The translations under genes and the position numbers were made by a program. DNA of 64,000 nucleotides from Gemmatimonadota bacterium (lineage in GTDB: Bacteria > Gemmatimonadota > Gemmatimonadetes > Palauibacterales > Palauibacteraceae), in NCBI GenBank assembly GCA_963666735.1, contig OY762926.1, positions 406,734 through 470,733 on the forward strand. The letters run 5' to 3'. The notes below the pieces were generated by a model that did not search any database, had not been told where the DNA came from, and saw nothing but the letters and a program-made list of their open reading frames with translations. Positions 25,426 through 34,387 of the stretch are shown here, in pieces (the first letter of the stretch is position 1; each line of letters starts with the position of its first letter).

Positions 25426-26730
25426 TCAGGCGGGAATGCCGTGCTTCACCGCGTGGGTCATCGCGTCCACGAAGCGGTCCAGTTCCTCGATCGTCGTGTA
25501 GGTGGATGGGGAGATGCGAAGCCCCGTGAACTCGGCGTGGTTGATGCCGACCGTGAAGATCCGGTGCTTGTTCCACAGCCAGTTGCGGAGCGCGCTCGTG
25601 TCGATGCCCTCGACCTGGACGTTCGCGATCCCGCACGCGAAGCCCGGCTTGAGGCTCGTGTTGAGCCGCACGCGGTCGTACTCCAGGAGCTGGTCCGCCC
25701 AGTAGTTCCGGAGGTGGACGAGGCGGGCTTCCTTGCGCTCGCCGCCGACCAGCTGGTGGAAGGTGAGCGCCTCGCCGATGGCGAGGAAGTTGGCCTCGGG
25801 GTGCGTGCCGATCGCCTCGAACTTCCGGATGTCGTCGTCGCTGCTCTCGGCGGCGGCCTGCAGCGGCCAGACCTCCGGGATCTTCTCCCGCCTCACGTAG
25901 AGGAGGCCCGTACCGACTGGGGCGTGAAGCCACTTGTGCAGGCTCACCGCGTAGTTGTCACAGTTGAGATCGGAGAAGGTAAAGTCATGGTGCGCCATGG
26001 AATGTGCGCCATCGACGATGACCGGGATGTCGTAGCCGCGCGCCATCTCCACGACTTCGCGCACGGGGAGGATCTGCCCTGTGATGTTGATCATGTGGCA
26101 CATGAGGATGAGCCGCGTGCGGTCGGTGATCTGCTCCTCGAACAGGCGCACGATCTCGGCCGGATCCTCGGCGGGAATCGGGATCTTGAACTGCTTGAGG
26201 ACGATCCCCTCGCGCCGCTCGCGCTGCTTGAAGGTCGTGATCATGCGCCCGTAATCCTGCGTCGTCGTCACCACTTCGTCGCCGCGCTCGAGGTCGTATC
26301 CGTTCTGGAGGATCTGGAGACCCTCCGACGCGTTGCGCGTGATCGCGACCTCCTCCGGGTCCACGTCCCACTGGCGGGCGAGCCGGGCGCGGACGCCCTC
26401 CCGCTGCGGCTCCAGGATCTGCCACCCGTTGTAGACCGGGATCTGGTTCGCGAAGTCGAGATCCCGCTTCATTGCCTCGAGCACGTGGGCGGGCGTCGGG
26501 CTCACGCCCCCGTTGTTGAGGTTGACGAGGGAACGGTCGGTGGTGAACGCCTTCTGTATCTCGAGCCAGAATTCCTCGTCGCGCGCGATCTCCCCGGGGG
26601 AGCCGGGGGTGCGGGACAAGTCACGGGCCGCCGCCATGGCGGTGTTCCACTTCGTGGGCACGGCGGTCATGACTCCGGCTGCTGCGGCGGAGCCCCCGAG
26701 GCGGGCGAGGAATCGTCGTCGGGTGGGCAT
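25426..26730 (-). CDS. Class V aminotransferase-fold PLP enzyme (isopenicillin-N-epimerase / cysteine-desulfurase-like) with twin-arginine (TAT) signal
   Basis: Start trimmed to 'MPTRRRFLARLGGSAAAAGVMTAV' (RRxFL TAT motif). 'VIVDGAHSMAHHD...SLHKWL' PLP-lysine region typical of class V. Confidence 0.7.
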   Translation of the reverse strand: MPTRRRFLARLGGSAAAAGVMTAVPTKWNTAMAAARDLSRTPGSPGEIARDEEFWLEIQKAFTTDRSLVNLNNGGVSPTPAHVLEAMKRDLDFANQIPVYNGWQILEPQREGVRARLARQWDVDPEEVAITRNASEGLQILQNGYDLERGDEVVTTTQDYGRMITTFKQRERREGIVLKQFKIPIPAEDPAEIVRLFEEQITDRTRLILMCHMINITGQILPVREVVEMARGYDIPVIVDGAHSMAHHDFTFSDLNCDNYAVSLHKWLHAPVGTGLLYVRREKIPEVWPLQAAAESSDDDIRKFEAIGTHPEANFLAIGEALTFHQLVGGERKEARLVHLRNYWADQLLEYDRVRLNTSLKPGFACGIANVQVEGIDTSALRNWLWNKHRIFTVGINHAEFTGLRISPSTYTTIEELDRFVDAMTHAVKHGIPA

Positions 26731-26832
26731 GCGGCCTCCTGGCTGGTTCGATACCGGTCCGTCTACTGCCAAATAGACCGTTTTCGAAGCCGCGAGCAAG
26801 TCTGGCGCCCGCTGCCTCCTGGGTGCGACAGG

Positions 26833-27414
26833 TCAGCCCGTTGCCGTGATCATGGCCAGGATCGGTTCGATCGCGGCCTCCGCCAGTTCCTCGAGTTCGC
26901 GGGCCGTGCGGTTCTGGATCGGGTGCGGGATCCAGACGATGGCGGGCTCGAAGCCGAGCGAGCGCGACTGGCTGCGCGCGGCCTGCTCGAACTCGGTCGT
27001 GACGACGAAGCAGCCGGGGATCCCACGTTCATCGAGGTCTCTGAGGTCGTGCAGACCGCACGACGTGCAGGACCCTCAATCGGCTAATGCCTGCACCACC
27101 ACGTCGGCTTCCGTGGCGATCCTCTGCAGCAACTCGGTCGGCGCCCGCCGCGCGTTGGTCGGCTTGTCGGTGCGGATCGTCTCGACGCCGAGCGCGTCCA
27201 GGCGCGTCTTCACGTGGTCGAGGAACTCGTCGCTGCGCAGCTTGCCAATCCCCTGCAGCGCCACCACTCGACCCTCCAGCGACGGGGGCGGCGCACGCCG
27301 CGGACGCATCTCCGGGGCGAGTTCGGAGGTGGGATCGTGAAGGATCGTCGTTGGGGTGGCGGGGGTCGCCGGAGTCGCGGGGGCCGCCGGAGTCGCCGGG
27401 GTCGGAGCCGTCAT
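26833..27414 (-). CDS. UGSC-family selenoprotein (in-frame UGA = Sec at 27078..27076), 193 aa
   Basis: ATG (27414..27412) overlaps the upstream stop (ATGA). Translation reads '...EADVVVQALAD-U-GSCTSCGLHDLRDLDERGIPGCFVVTTEFEQ...ILAMITATG*'. The TGA sits in a 'U-G-S-C' motif; a further 80 sense codons follow before the stop at 26835..26833; SECIS-like hairpin 11 nt downstream. The track ORF 27076-28578 is an artefact stopping at the Sec codon. Confidence 0.7.
27046..27064 (-). other. SECIS-like hairpin (bacterial selenocysteine insertion element) downstream of in-frame UGA
   Basis: mRNA 5'-GUCGUGC-GGUCU-GCACGAC-3': perfect 7-bp stem, GGUCU apical loop (resembles the fdhF SECIS loop, from memory), begins 11 nt after the UGA. 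Confidence 0.6.
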
Positions 27415-28862
27415 GTCTCGATCTCTCTGGTGATGGGGTGTGAGTGCCGCCAGGCGCGGCCGCCGGGCCAGCCGGCCAGGATCGCGGAGTACAGCCCGGC
27501 CGCGCCGCCGGCCCGGGCGAGGAGCAGTCCGCCGGGCGGGAACTTGGGCACCTGGCGGCGCGTCTCCGAGTCCGGCACGCCTTCGGCCAGGCCTCCCGCG
27601 CCGCGCGCGACCTTGCTCAACGGCCGCGTCGTCGCCTCCAGCAGCGCTTCGGTGATCCGCGCCCGGCACCAGCCGGCTTCCCGGTAGATGGCGTGGTGCT
27701 CGGGCGAGAGGAGCAGCACGGCGTGCGCCCACTCGCAGATCTTCGGGTGGCAGACGGCCAGCAGGCACGCGGCGAGCGACGCGGTCAGTTCTTCGGGCGT
27801 TCGGGAGCGCTGGTCCATGATCCCCTGCACGCCCTCGCCCTGGAAGAGGGTGACGGCGCTGGCCCCGCGCGGGATGCCGCGTGACACGGAGAGCGGCTCC
27901 CACTCCTCGTCCGATTCGTCCTCCGCGAAACAGAACGTGTACTTGCTGGGCGCCCCGAAGGTCGAGCGGTCGATCTCGCCCGGGCGTCCGCCGCCGACGT
28001 TGCGCACGATGAGGTTGAGCGCCCGTCCGATGGTCGCGTTGGCACGGTTCCCCTGCCCGAGGACGTTGAGCCCCGAGTTCATCCCGATGCGGCGCGCGAT
28101 GGGACCGTTCACGATGGCGAGGGGCGCCGTGAAGCAGGTGCTGCACAGGATCCCGTGCAGCGTGAAGTCGGGGTCGAGCGCCGCCTCGAGCGCCGCGAGC
28201 ACGACCGGCATGTACTCCGGCTTGCACCCCGCGAGCACGGCGTTGATCGCCACTTTCTCCACGGTGCACTCGGCGTAGTCCGGCGGTACCGCGCCCACGA
28301 CATCGTCGGGAGCCCGGGACGTGCCCGTGAGCATGCGCAGAGTCCGCTCCGGCGTCGGCGGGACGACGGGCAGCCCGTCCGTCCACCCGCGCTCGAAGCA
28401 CGCTTCCGCGGCGTCCGCGTGCGGATCCAGAGCCACCTGCCTCGCCGCGAGGCCCGTTTCGCCGAAACGCGCGCGCAGTCGCTCCGCGGCGCCGGGTTCG
28501 ACGGACCGGGAGCCGCAGCCCGGCTGGAACTCGGGCAGTTCCGCGCCCAGATCCGGAGTTGACGTCAGGTCGCGCCATTTCGCCCGGTTCCAGCCCACCG
28601 CGCGCCCCGTCTCATTTCCACCATCGAAGCGCACGAGCGTGGGGACCGTCTCGATCCCGAGCCGGAACGAGTGCTCGAGTTGCGTGTCGTCGACGACGCC
28701 GGAAAGCGCGGCGGGGAAGTCCGGGTCGTCCTGGCTCAAGATGGCGAGACCGTCGCGGCCATCGGCGAGCCGCCCCAGTACGGGTTCGACGAGTTGGCAG
28801 GTGGGGCAGTCCCGCTTGACGACGACCACGAGACCGTCCGCCGGGAGCGGAGCGTGTTCCAT
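27411..28862 (-). CDS. Thioredoxin-like (CPTC) N-terminal domain protein with large uncharacterised C-terminal domain; first gene of the UGSC-selenoprotein operon
   Basis: 483 aa; N-terminal 'VVVVKRDCPTCQLVEPVL' thioredoxin-fold CxxC; its stop overlaps the selenoprotein start. Confidence 0.6.
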   Translation of the reverse strand: MEHAPLPADGLVVVVKRDCPTCQLVEPVLGRLADGRDGLAILSQDDPDFPAALSGVVDDTQLEHSFRLGIETVPTLVRFDGGNETGRAVGWNRAKWRDLTSTPDLGAELPEFQPGCGSRSVEPGAAERLRARFGETGLAARQVALDPHADAAEACFERGWTDGLPVVPPTPERTLRMLTGTSRAPDDVVGAVPPDYAECTVEKVAINAVLAGCKPEYMPVVLAALEAALDPDFTLHGILCSTCFTAPLAIVNGPIARRIGMNSGLNVLGQGNRANATIGRALNLIVRNVGGGRPGEIDRSTFGAPSKYTFCFAEDESDEEWEPLSVSRGIPRGASAVTLFQGEGVQGIMDQRSRTPEELTASLAACLLAVCHPKICEWAHAVLLLSPEHHAIYREAGWCRARITEALLEATTRPLSKVARGAGGLAEGVPDSETRRQVPKFPPGGLLLARAGGAAGLYSAILAGWPGGRAWRHSHPITREIET

Positions 28863-28991
28863 GTCCCAACCGTAACCCGCCCGTCCCGTCCGTCCAAGCC
28901 GGCCCCCGCGCTCCGATGGATGGCGGGGGGCGCGCGTTCATGCGAATCGTGACGCTTGACAATTCAGTGACCAGTCATCAAATCTGGTCAT

Positions 28992-29231
28992 ATGGAGACG
29001 ATCAACGCTTCCGATTTCAAGGCCAGGTGTCTCGCGATCCTTGACCGGGTGCGCGATACGGGTGAACGGGTCGTCATCCTGAAACGCGGCCGGCCGGTCG
29101 CGGAACTCGTGCCGCCGAGCCATTCCGTCTCCGAGTTCCCGCAGGAGGAGTTGAAGGGGACCGTTACCGTCCACGCCGACATCGTCGGACCGGCGATTCC
29201 CGAGGAGCACTGGGAGAGCCTCCGGAAGTGA
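28992..29231 (+). CDS. Phd/YefM-family type II antitoxin
   Basis: 79 aa; 'METINASDFKARCLAILDRVRDTGERVVILKRGRPVAELVP'. Confidence 0.8.
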   Translation: METINASDFKARCLAILDRVRDTGERVVILKRGRPVAELVPPSHSVSEFPQEELKGTVTVHADIVGPAIPEEHWESLRK

Positions 29232-29626
29232 CGCCGATGCTCGACACGCACATTCTGATCTGGTGGTTCGAGCAGGCGGGTCGCCTCTCCGCGGCCCAAC
29301 GGGAGATCATCGAAGCGGCGGACGGCAACCCTCCCCTGATCCTCTCCGACATCTCGCTCCTGGAAATCGCGACGCTGTGCGGTCTCGGCCGGATCCGGCT
29401 GTCGATCCCGCTGCGCGACTGGCTGGAGAAGGCCGTGGCCCCTCCGCTGGTGCGGCGACAGGGGATCTCTCCGGCCATCGCTTCGGAGATCGCGGCCCTG
29501 CCGGATTCGTTCCACCGGGATCCCGCGGACCGGACGATCGTCGCGACGGCCAGGGCCCTGGGCGCAACCCTTCTGACTCAGGATCGCCGCATCATCGAGT
29601 CCGGATTGGTCCAAGCCATCGGATAG
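29228..29626 (+). CDS. vapC: PIN-domain toxin VapC
   Basis: GTG start overlapping the antitoxin stop (GTGA); 'LDTHILIW', 'DISLLEIA', 'DPADRTIVATARALGATLLTQDRRI' PIN acidic-residue pattern. Confidence 0.8.
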   Translation: MTPMLDTHILIWWFEQAGRLSAAQREIIEAADGNPPLILSDISLLEIATLCGLGRIRLSIPLRDWLEKAVAPPLVRRQGISPAIASEIAALPDSFHRDPADRTIVATARALGATLLTQDRRIIESGLVQAIG

Positions 29627-29723
29627 CGTCCGCCGGTCCGCGCAGCCGTTGACCGCGCGCGGGACTGAACGGACATTCACGGCTGCGTGTTGTGAAGGGG
29701 TGCGCGGGGACATGTTCCCCCGC

Positions 29724-29768
29724 GATGGACCCAATGATGGACCCACGATGGACCAATGATGGACCCAC
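29724..29768 (+). repeat. 4x tandem 11-12-bp repeat (GATGGACC(C)A(A/C)(T)) preceded by a GGGGA-N5-TCCCC palindrome; putative operator array upstream of the amidohydrolase operon
   Basis: Units at 29724-35, 29736-46, 29747-57, 29758-68; the palindrome 'gcggggacatgttcccccgc' lies at about 29704-29723. Located 20-85 bp upstream of ATG 29788. Confidence 0.6.
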
Positions 29769-29787
29769 TCGGAAGGATGTACCTCTC

Positions 29788-31509
29788 ATGAACCGAACCG
29801 CACTCGCGCGCCGGCTGGCGGGCGGGGTGGTCCCGGGCCTGCTCCTCGCGTCGCTGTCCGGCCTCGCCGCTCCCGCGGCCGCCGACGCGCAGTACATGCC
29901 GAGCCAGACCCCGGTGCCTCCCCCGTTCTTCGCGCTCCGGAACGCGCGCATCGTGACCGGCACGGGAGCCGTGATCGAGAACGGCACCGTCGTCATCGCC
30001 AACGGCCTCATCGAAGCCGTCGGGGCCGACGTCGACATCCCCGGCGAGGCCTGGGTCATCGACGTTACGGATCTCACCGTTTACCCCGGCCTCTTCGACG
30101 GCCTGTCGCAGGTGGGACTGGAGACGGAGGGCGGGGATGGGCCCGGCGCCGGTGGAGGCGCGGGCGGGAATCCCTTCGCCTTCCTCGTGGCGCAGGGGAA
30201 CCAGCCTCGCACGGTGAGTCCCGAGGATCGCCCGGCGACGAACTCCTGGTTTAACGCCGCGGACATGTTGAACTCCGATGCGGACGCGATCGAGACATGG
30301 CGCAGCGGCGGGTTCACGAACGCGCTCGTGGCGCCCGACGACGGGATCGTCACGGGACAGGGCGTCGTGGTAAACCTCGCGGGCGACGAGCAGGAGATGG
30401 TCGTGAAGGCGCCCGCCGCTCTTCGGGTAACGATGAGTGGCGCCGGCGGATTCAGGAGCTTCCCGGGTTCGCTCATGGGCGTCATCTCCTACATCCGGCA
30501 GCTCTATCTCGACGCGGAGCATGCCCGGCAGTACGAGGCGAGCTACATGGCGAACCCGAGCGGGCAGCCGCGTCCGGCCTATGACCGCGCGCTCGGCCCG
30601 GTTCAGGATGCGATCGCGGGCGGCTGGCCCACGGTCATGCCGGCGAACGAGGTGCGGCAGATCCGGCGGGCGATCAAGCTCGGGCGCGACACCGGCGCGC
30701 GGCCGGTCCTGCAGGGCGCGCACGAGGCGTATGAGCTGGCCGGCGAGATCGCGGCCGCGGGCGTCCCGGTGCTCGTCAACGTGGACTGGCCCGAGCGAAA
30801 CCGCGATGCGGACCCGGAAGCCGAGGAGTCGCTTTCGTCGCTGAAGCGCCGCGCCTACGCGCCGACGACGCCGGCCCGGCTCGAGGAGGCCGGGGCGGAA
30901 TGGGCCTTCTACAGCGGCTCGGCGAACAGCCCCCGCGCCATGATGGACAACGTGCGGACGGCGATCGAGAACGGGCTCTCGGAGGAGGCGGCGCTGGAAG
31001 CGCTCACCGCCGCCCCGGCGCGGATCTACGGCGTGGACGCGATGCTGGGCTCCGTCGAGGCGGGGAAGATCGCGAACCTCGTCGTCGCGGACGGCCCGCT
31101 GTTCGACGAGGACACCGACATTCGGATGGTGTTCGTCGATGGCCACAAGTTCGAGGAGGAGGCGCTCGAGCCGAGGCCGACCGAACCGCCGGCCGTCGAC
31201 ATGAACGGCACCTGGCTCCTCTCCCTGAACAACGATTCGCAGGAGGCGACGGCTGAACTCGAGGTGTCGGAGGACGGCACGATCTCCGGAACGATCCAGG
31301 GCGAGCGCGGCGAGCAGCAGATCACGGACGGCTGGGTGAGCGGCAACGAGTTCAGCATCACGGCCTCCGCCACGATGGGACCGGGCATGGAAGTGGAGAT
31401 CGTCTATACCGGCACGGTCGAGGGCGATTCGATCGAGGGGAACGCTTCCTTCGGCGGCATGCGCAACATGGACTTCACGGGCGCGAGGCCCGGGGGAGGT
31501 GTCCGATGA
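29788..31509 (+). CDS. Amidohydrolase-family metallohydrolase (COG1228-like), secreted, with extra C-terminal beta domain
   Basis: Signal peptide 'MNRTALARRLAGGVVPGLLLASLSGLAAPAAADA'; 'VYPGLFDG' metal-binding region; C-terminal 'NGTWLLSLNNDSQEATAELEVSEDGTISGTIQ'. Confidence 0.7.
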   Translation: MNRTALARRLAGGVVPGLLLASLSGLAAPAAADAQYMPSQTPVPPPFFALRNARIVTGTGAVIENGTVVIANGLIEAVGADVDIPGEAWVIDVTDLTVYPGLFDGLSQVGLETEGGDGPGAGGGAGGNPFAFLVAQGNQPRTVSPEDRPATNSWFNAADMLNSDADAIETWRSGGFTNALVAPDDGIVTGQGVVVNLAGDEQEMVVKAPAALRVTMSGAGGFRSFPGSLMGVISYIRQLYLDAEHARQYEASYMANPSGQPRPAYDRALGPVQDAIAGGWPTVMPANEVRQIRRAIKLGRDTGARPVLQGAHEAYELAGEIAAAGVPVLVNVDWPERNRDADPEAEESLSSLKRRAYAPTTPARLEEAGAEWAFYSGSANSPRAMMDNVRTAIENGLSEEAALEALTAAPARIYGVDAMLGSVEAGKIANLVVADGPLFDEDTDIRMVFVDGHKFEEEALEPRPTEPPAVDMNGTWLLSLNNDSQEATAELEVSEDGTISGTIQGERGEQQITDGWVSGNEFSITASATMGPGMEVEIVYTGTVEGDSIEGNASFGGMRNMDFTGARPGGGVR

Positions 31510-32930
31510 GACAGGCCATGCGACAGGCCATGAGACACGGTACGAGGCGGGTGGGGGCTGGCTGGCTGGCGCTCGCGGTCGCGCTCGGGATTCCGGGCGG
31601 GGTCGCCGCGCAGGACCAGCCGATCCTGATCCGCGGCGCGACGATCCTCACCGCGGCGGAAGCCGGCCGGATCGAGGACGGCGCCGTCCTGTTCCAGAAC
31701 GGGCGTATCGTCGCGGTCGGCCCGGCCTCCGAAGTCGAGGCCCCCGCCGATGCGCTGGTGATCGACGGCACGGGCAAGTTCGTCACGCCCGGAATCGTCG
31801 ACGCGCACTCCCACATCGCGGCGGACGCGATCAACGAGGGGGCGGTCTCCGTCTCCTCCATGGTCTCGATCCACGACGTGATCGACCCGACGGACATCGC
31901 GATCTACCGCGAGGTGGCGGGCGGCACGACGACGTCGCACGTGATGCACGGGAGCGCGAACCCGATCGGCGGCAACAACGCCGTCATCAAGCACCGCTGG
32001 GGCGCGGACGCGCAGGGGCTCCTGTTCCAGGGCGCGCCGCCGACGATCAAGTTCGCGCTCGGTGAGAACCCGAAGCGGGCCGGCAGTCCCACCCTCCCGG
32101 GCCAGGAGGCGCGCTATCCCGCCTCCCGCATGGGAGTGATGGACGTCATCCGGCAGGCCTTCATCGAGGCCACCGGGTACAAGGCCGAGTGGGACGCCTA
32201 TCGTACCCGGGTGGCGGACGGCGACAGGAACGCGATTCCGCCGCGCCGCAACCTGACCATGGATCCGCTGGTCGAGGTCCTCGAAGGCACGCGCTACGTG
32301 CACGCGCACAGCTACCGCGCGGACGAGATCCTGCAACTCATGAGGGCGGCCGAGGAGTTCGACTTCCGCATCCACGTGTTCCAGCATGTGCTGGAGGGCT
32401 ACCGGGTCGCCGACGAGATGGCGGAGCACGGAGCCCACGCCTCCACCTTCTCGGACTGGTGGGCCTACAAGATGGAGGCCTACGAGGCGATCCCCTACAA
32501 CGCGGCCATCATGACCCGGCGCGGCGTCAACGTCTCCATCAACTCCGACAGCGGAGAAGAAGGACGGCACCTCAATCAGGAAGCCGCCAAGACGATGAAG
32601 TGGGGCGGCCTGAGCGAGGCCGAGGCACTTGCCACCGTCACGATCAACCCGGCGATCCAGCTTATGATCGACGACCGGGTGGGGTCGCTGGAAGCGGGGA
32701 AGGACGCGGACATCGTCCTGTGGGAGAACTATCCGCTCTCCTCCTACGCGAAGGTTCGGACGACGTATATCGAAGGCGAGGTCATGTTCGATATCGACGC
32801 CGACATGGCGATGCGAGCCGAAATCGAGGCGGAGAAGGCGGAACTTAGAGAGATGCTCGGCGAGGCGGACGATTCCGAGGATTCAGAGGACGAGCGGGAT
32901 CCGGGCAGGCGGTCGGGAGGTGGACGATGA
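31506..32930 (+). CDS. Amidohydrolase-family metallohydrolase (paralogue 2), secreted
   Basis: ATGA overlap with the upstream gene; signal peptide; 'TPGIVDAHSHIA' (HxH), 'HAHSYRADE', 'VNVSINSDSG' motifs. Confidence 0.75.
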   Translation: MRQAMRQAMRHGTRRVGAGWLALAVALGIPGGVAAQDQPILIRGATILTAAEAGRIEDGAVLFQNGRIVAVGPASEVEAPADALVIDGTGKFVTPGIVDAHSHIAADAINEGAVSVSSMVSIHDVIDPTDIAIYREVAGGTTTSHVMHGSANPIGGNNAVIKHRWGADAQGLLFQGAPPTIKFALGENPKRAGSPTLPGQEARYPASRMGVMDVIRQAFIEATGYKAEWDAYRTRVADGDRNAIPPRRNLTMDPLVEVLEGTRYVHAHSYRADEILQLMRAAEEFDFRIHVFQHVLEGYRVADEMAEHGAHASTFSDWWAYKMEAYEAIPYNAAIMTRRGVNVSINSDSGEEGRHLNQEAAKTMKWGGLSEAEALATVTINPAIQLMIDDRVGSLEAGKDADIVLWENYPLSSYAKVRTTYIEGEVMFDIDADMAMRAEIEAEKAELREMLGEADDSEDSEDERDPGRRSGGGR

Positions 32931-32995
32931 TGCGCGGGTCCGGGAACATCCTCGGGAACACCCTTCGTAACACTACGAACGACAGGATCGACACC

Positions 32996-34351
32996 ATGGT
33001 GAAGTCGATAGCCGCGATAGCGGCAGTCTTCGGGACGGCCGGATTCGCCGTGCCCGCTCAGGCCGCCGCGCAGGAGGGCGGGACGTTCGCGGTGCAGGGG
33101 GCCACGATCCACACGGTGGCCGACGGCGTCATCGAGAACGGGACGATCGTGCTCAGGGACGGCCGCATCATCGCGGTCGGAAGCGATGTCGAGATCCCGG
33201 CGGACGCCGAGATCATCGACGGGGAAGGGAAGCACGTCTTTCCCGGCATGATCGACGCCTTCAGCTCTTTGGGCCTCACGGAGGTCGGCGCCGTCGCGGT
33301 GACGAACGACGCGAGCGAACTGGGCCGCTGGAACCCGCATCTCAACGCCCACACGGCGATCCACCCCGCCAGCGAACACATTCCCGTCGCGCGCGCGAAC
33401 GGGATCACGCATACGATGGCCGCGCCCGGCGGAGGCGGCCGTTTCGGCGGCGGCGGAGGCTCGGGCATTCAGGGCCAGGCCACGCTCATCCATCTCGACG
33501 GCTGGACCGTGGAGGAGATGGAGATCGAGAAGACGGCGGCGATGGTCCTCGGCTGGCCCACGCTTTCCGCCGGCGGAGGCCGCTTCGGCGGCTTCGGCGG
33601 CGGCGGAGGCGGTCGGTCGTTCCGTCAGGCGCAGGAGCGTTTCGACGAGCAGGTCGCGGAGATGGACGAGTGGTTCGTCGCCGCGCAGCACTACAGGCAG
33701 GCGGTGGAGTCCGGTTCGAACCGCGTGCCGCGCAACATCCAGCTCGAGCACCTGTCGCGCGTCCTCGACCGGGGGATGAAGGTCATCGTGCGGGCGAACG
33801 GCTGGCGCGAGATCGAGTCGGCGATCGAGTTCGCGGAGAAGTGGAACCTGGACCTCGTCATCGCGGGCGGGACCGGCGCGCGCGAGATCGCGGGCACGCT
33901 GGCCGAGAAGAACATCCCGGTCATCCTGGGCCCGGTGCAGCGGCTGCCGCAGGGCGAGGACACCGCGTACGACGATCCGAACACGCTGCCCGGCGTGCTG
34001 CACGACGCGGGGGTCGAGATCGCCTTCGCGACCTTCAACTCCGCCGACTCGCGGACGCTGCCCTACGAGGCGGCGAACTCCGTGTCGTGGGGGCTCACGA
34101 AGGATGCGGCACTGGAGGCGGTGACGCTGGCGCCCGCGCGGGTGCTGGGGGTCGACGACCGGCTGGGGTCGCTCGAGGTTGGCAAGGTCGGCAACCTGAT
34201 CGTGACCGATGGCGATCCGCTCGAGATCACGACCGAGATCGAGTGGGTGTTCATCAAGGGCGTGCCGTCCGACCTGGACAACAAGCACCGCAGTCTGTGG
34301 GAGAAGTACGACAACCGCCCCGCGCGGCGGGTGACCACGACGACGACCTGA
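32996..34351 (+). CDS. Amidohydrolase-family protein (paralogue 3), secreted, Gly-rich loops
   Basis: 'MVKSIAAIAAVFGTAGFAVPAQA' signal; 'FPGMIDAFSS'; 'GGGGRFGGGGGSG' loops. Alternative start 32927. Confidence 0.65.
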   Translation: MVKSIAAIAAVFGTAGFAVPAQAAAQEGGTFAVQGATIHTVADGVIENGTIVLRDGRIIAVGSDVEIPADAEIIDGEGKHVFPGMIDAFSSLGLTEVGAVAVTNDASELGRWNPHLNAHTAIHPASEHIPVARANGITHTMAAPGGGGRFGGGGGSGIQGQATLIHLDGWTVEEMEIEKTAAMVLGWPTLSAGGGRFGGFGGGGGGRSFRQAQERFDEQVAEMDEWFVAAQHYRQAVESGSNRVPRNIQLEHLSRVLDRGMKVIVRANGWREIESAIEFAEKWNLDLVIAGGTGAREIAGTLAEKNIPVILGPVQRLPQGEDTAYDDPNTLPGVLHDAGVEIAFATFNSADSRTLPYEAANSVSWGLTKDAALEAVTLAPARVLGVDDRLGSLEVGKVGNLIVTDGDPLEITTEIEWVFIKGVPSDLDNKHRSLWEKYDNRPARRVTTTTT

Positions 34352-34387
34352 CGGCCGGAGCCGGACTGCGGGCGCGACGCCGCGCGG

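Noticed and set aside
27076-28578. 500-aa minus-strand track ORF
   Set aside because: Only its last 112 codons are real (N-terminal part of the UGSC selenoprotein, ending at the Sec TGA). The rest is an Arg/Gly/Ala-rich alternative frame of the thioredoxin-like gene 27411-28862.
29692-29787. N-terminal extension 'MKGCAGTCSPAMDPMMDPRWTNDGPT' of the first amidohydrolase ORF
   Set aside because: Produced by reading through the tandem DNA repeats. The signal-peptide Met at 29788 is the plausible start.
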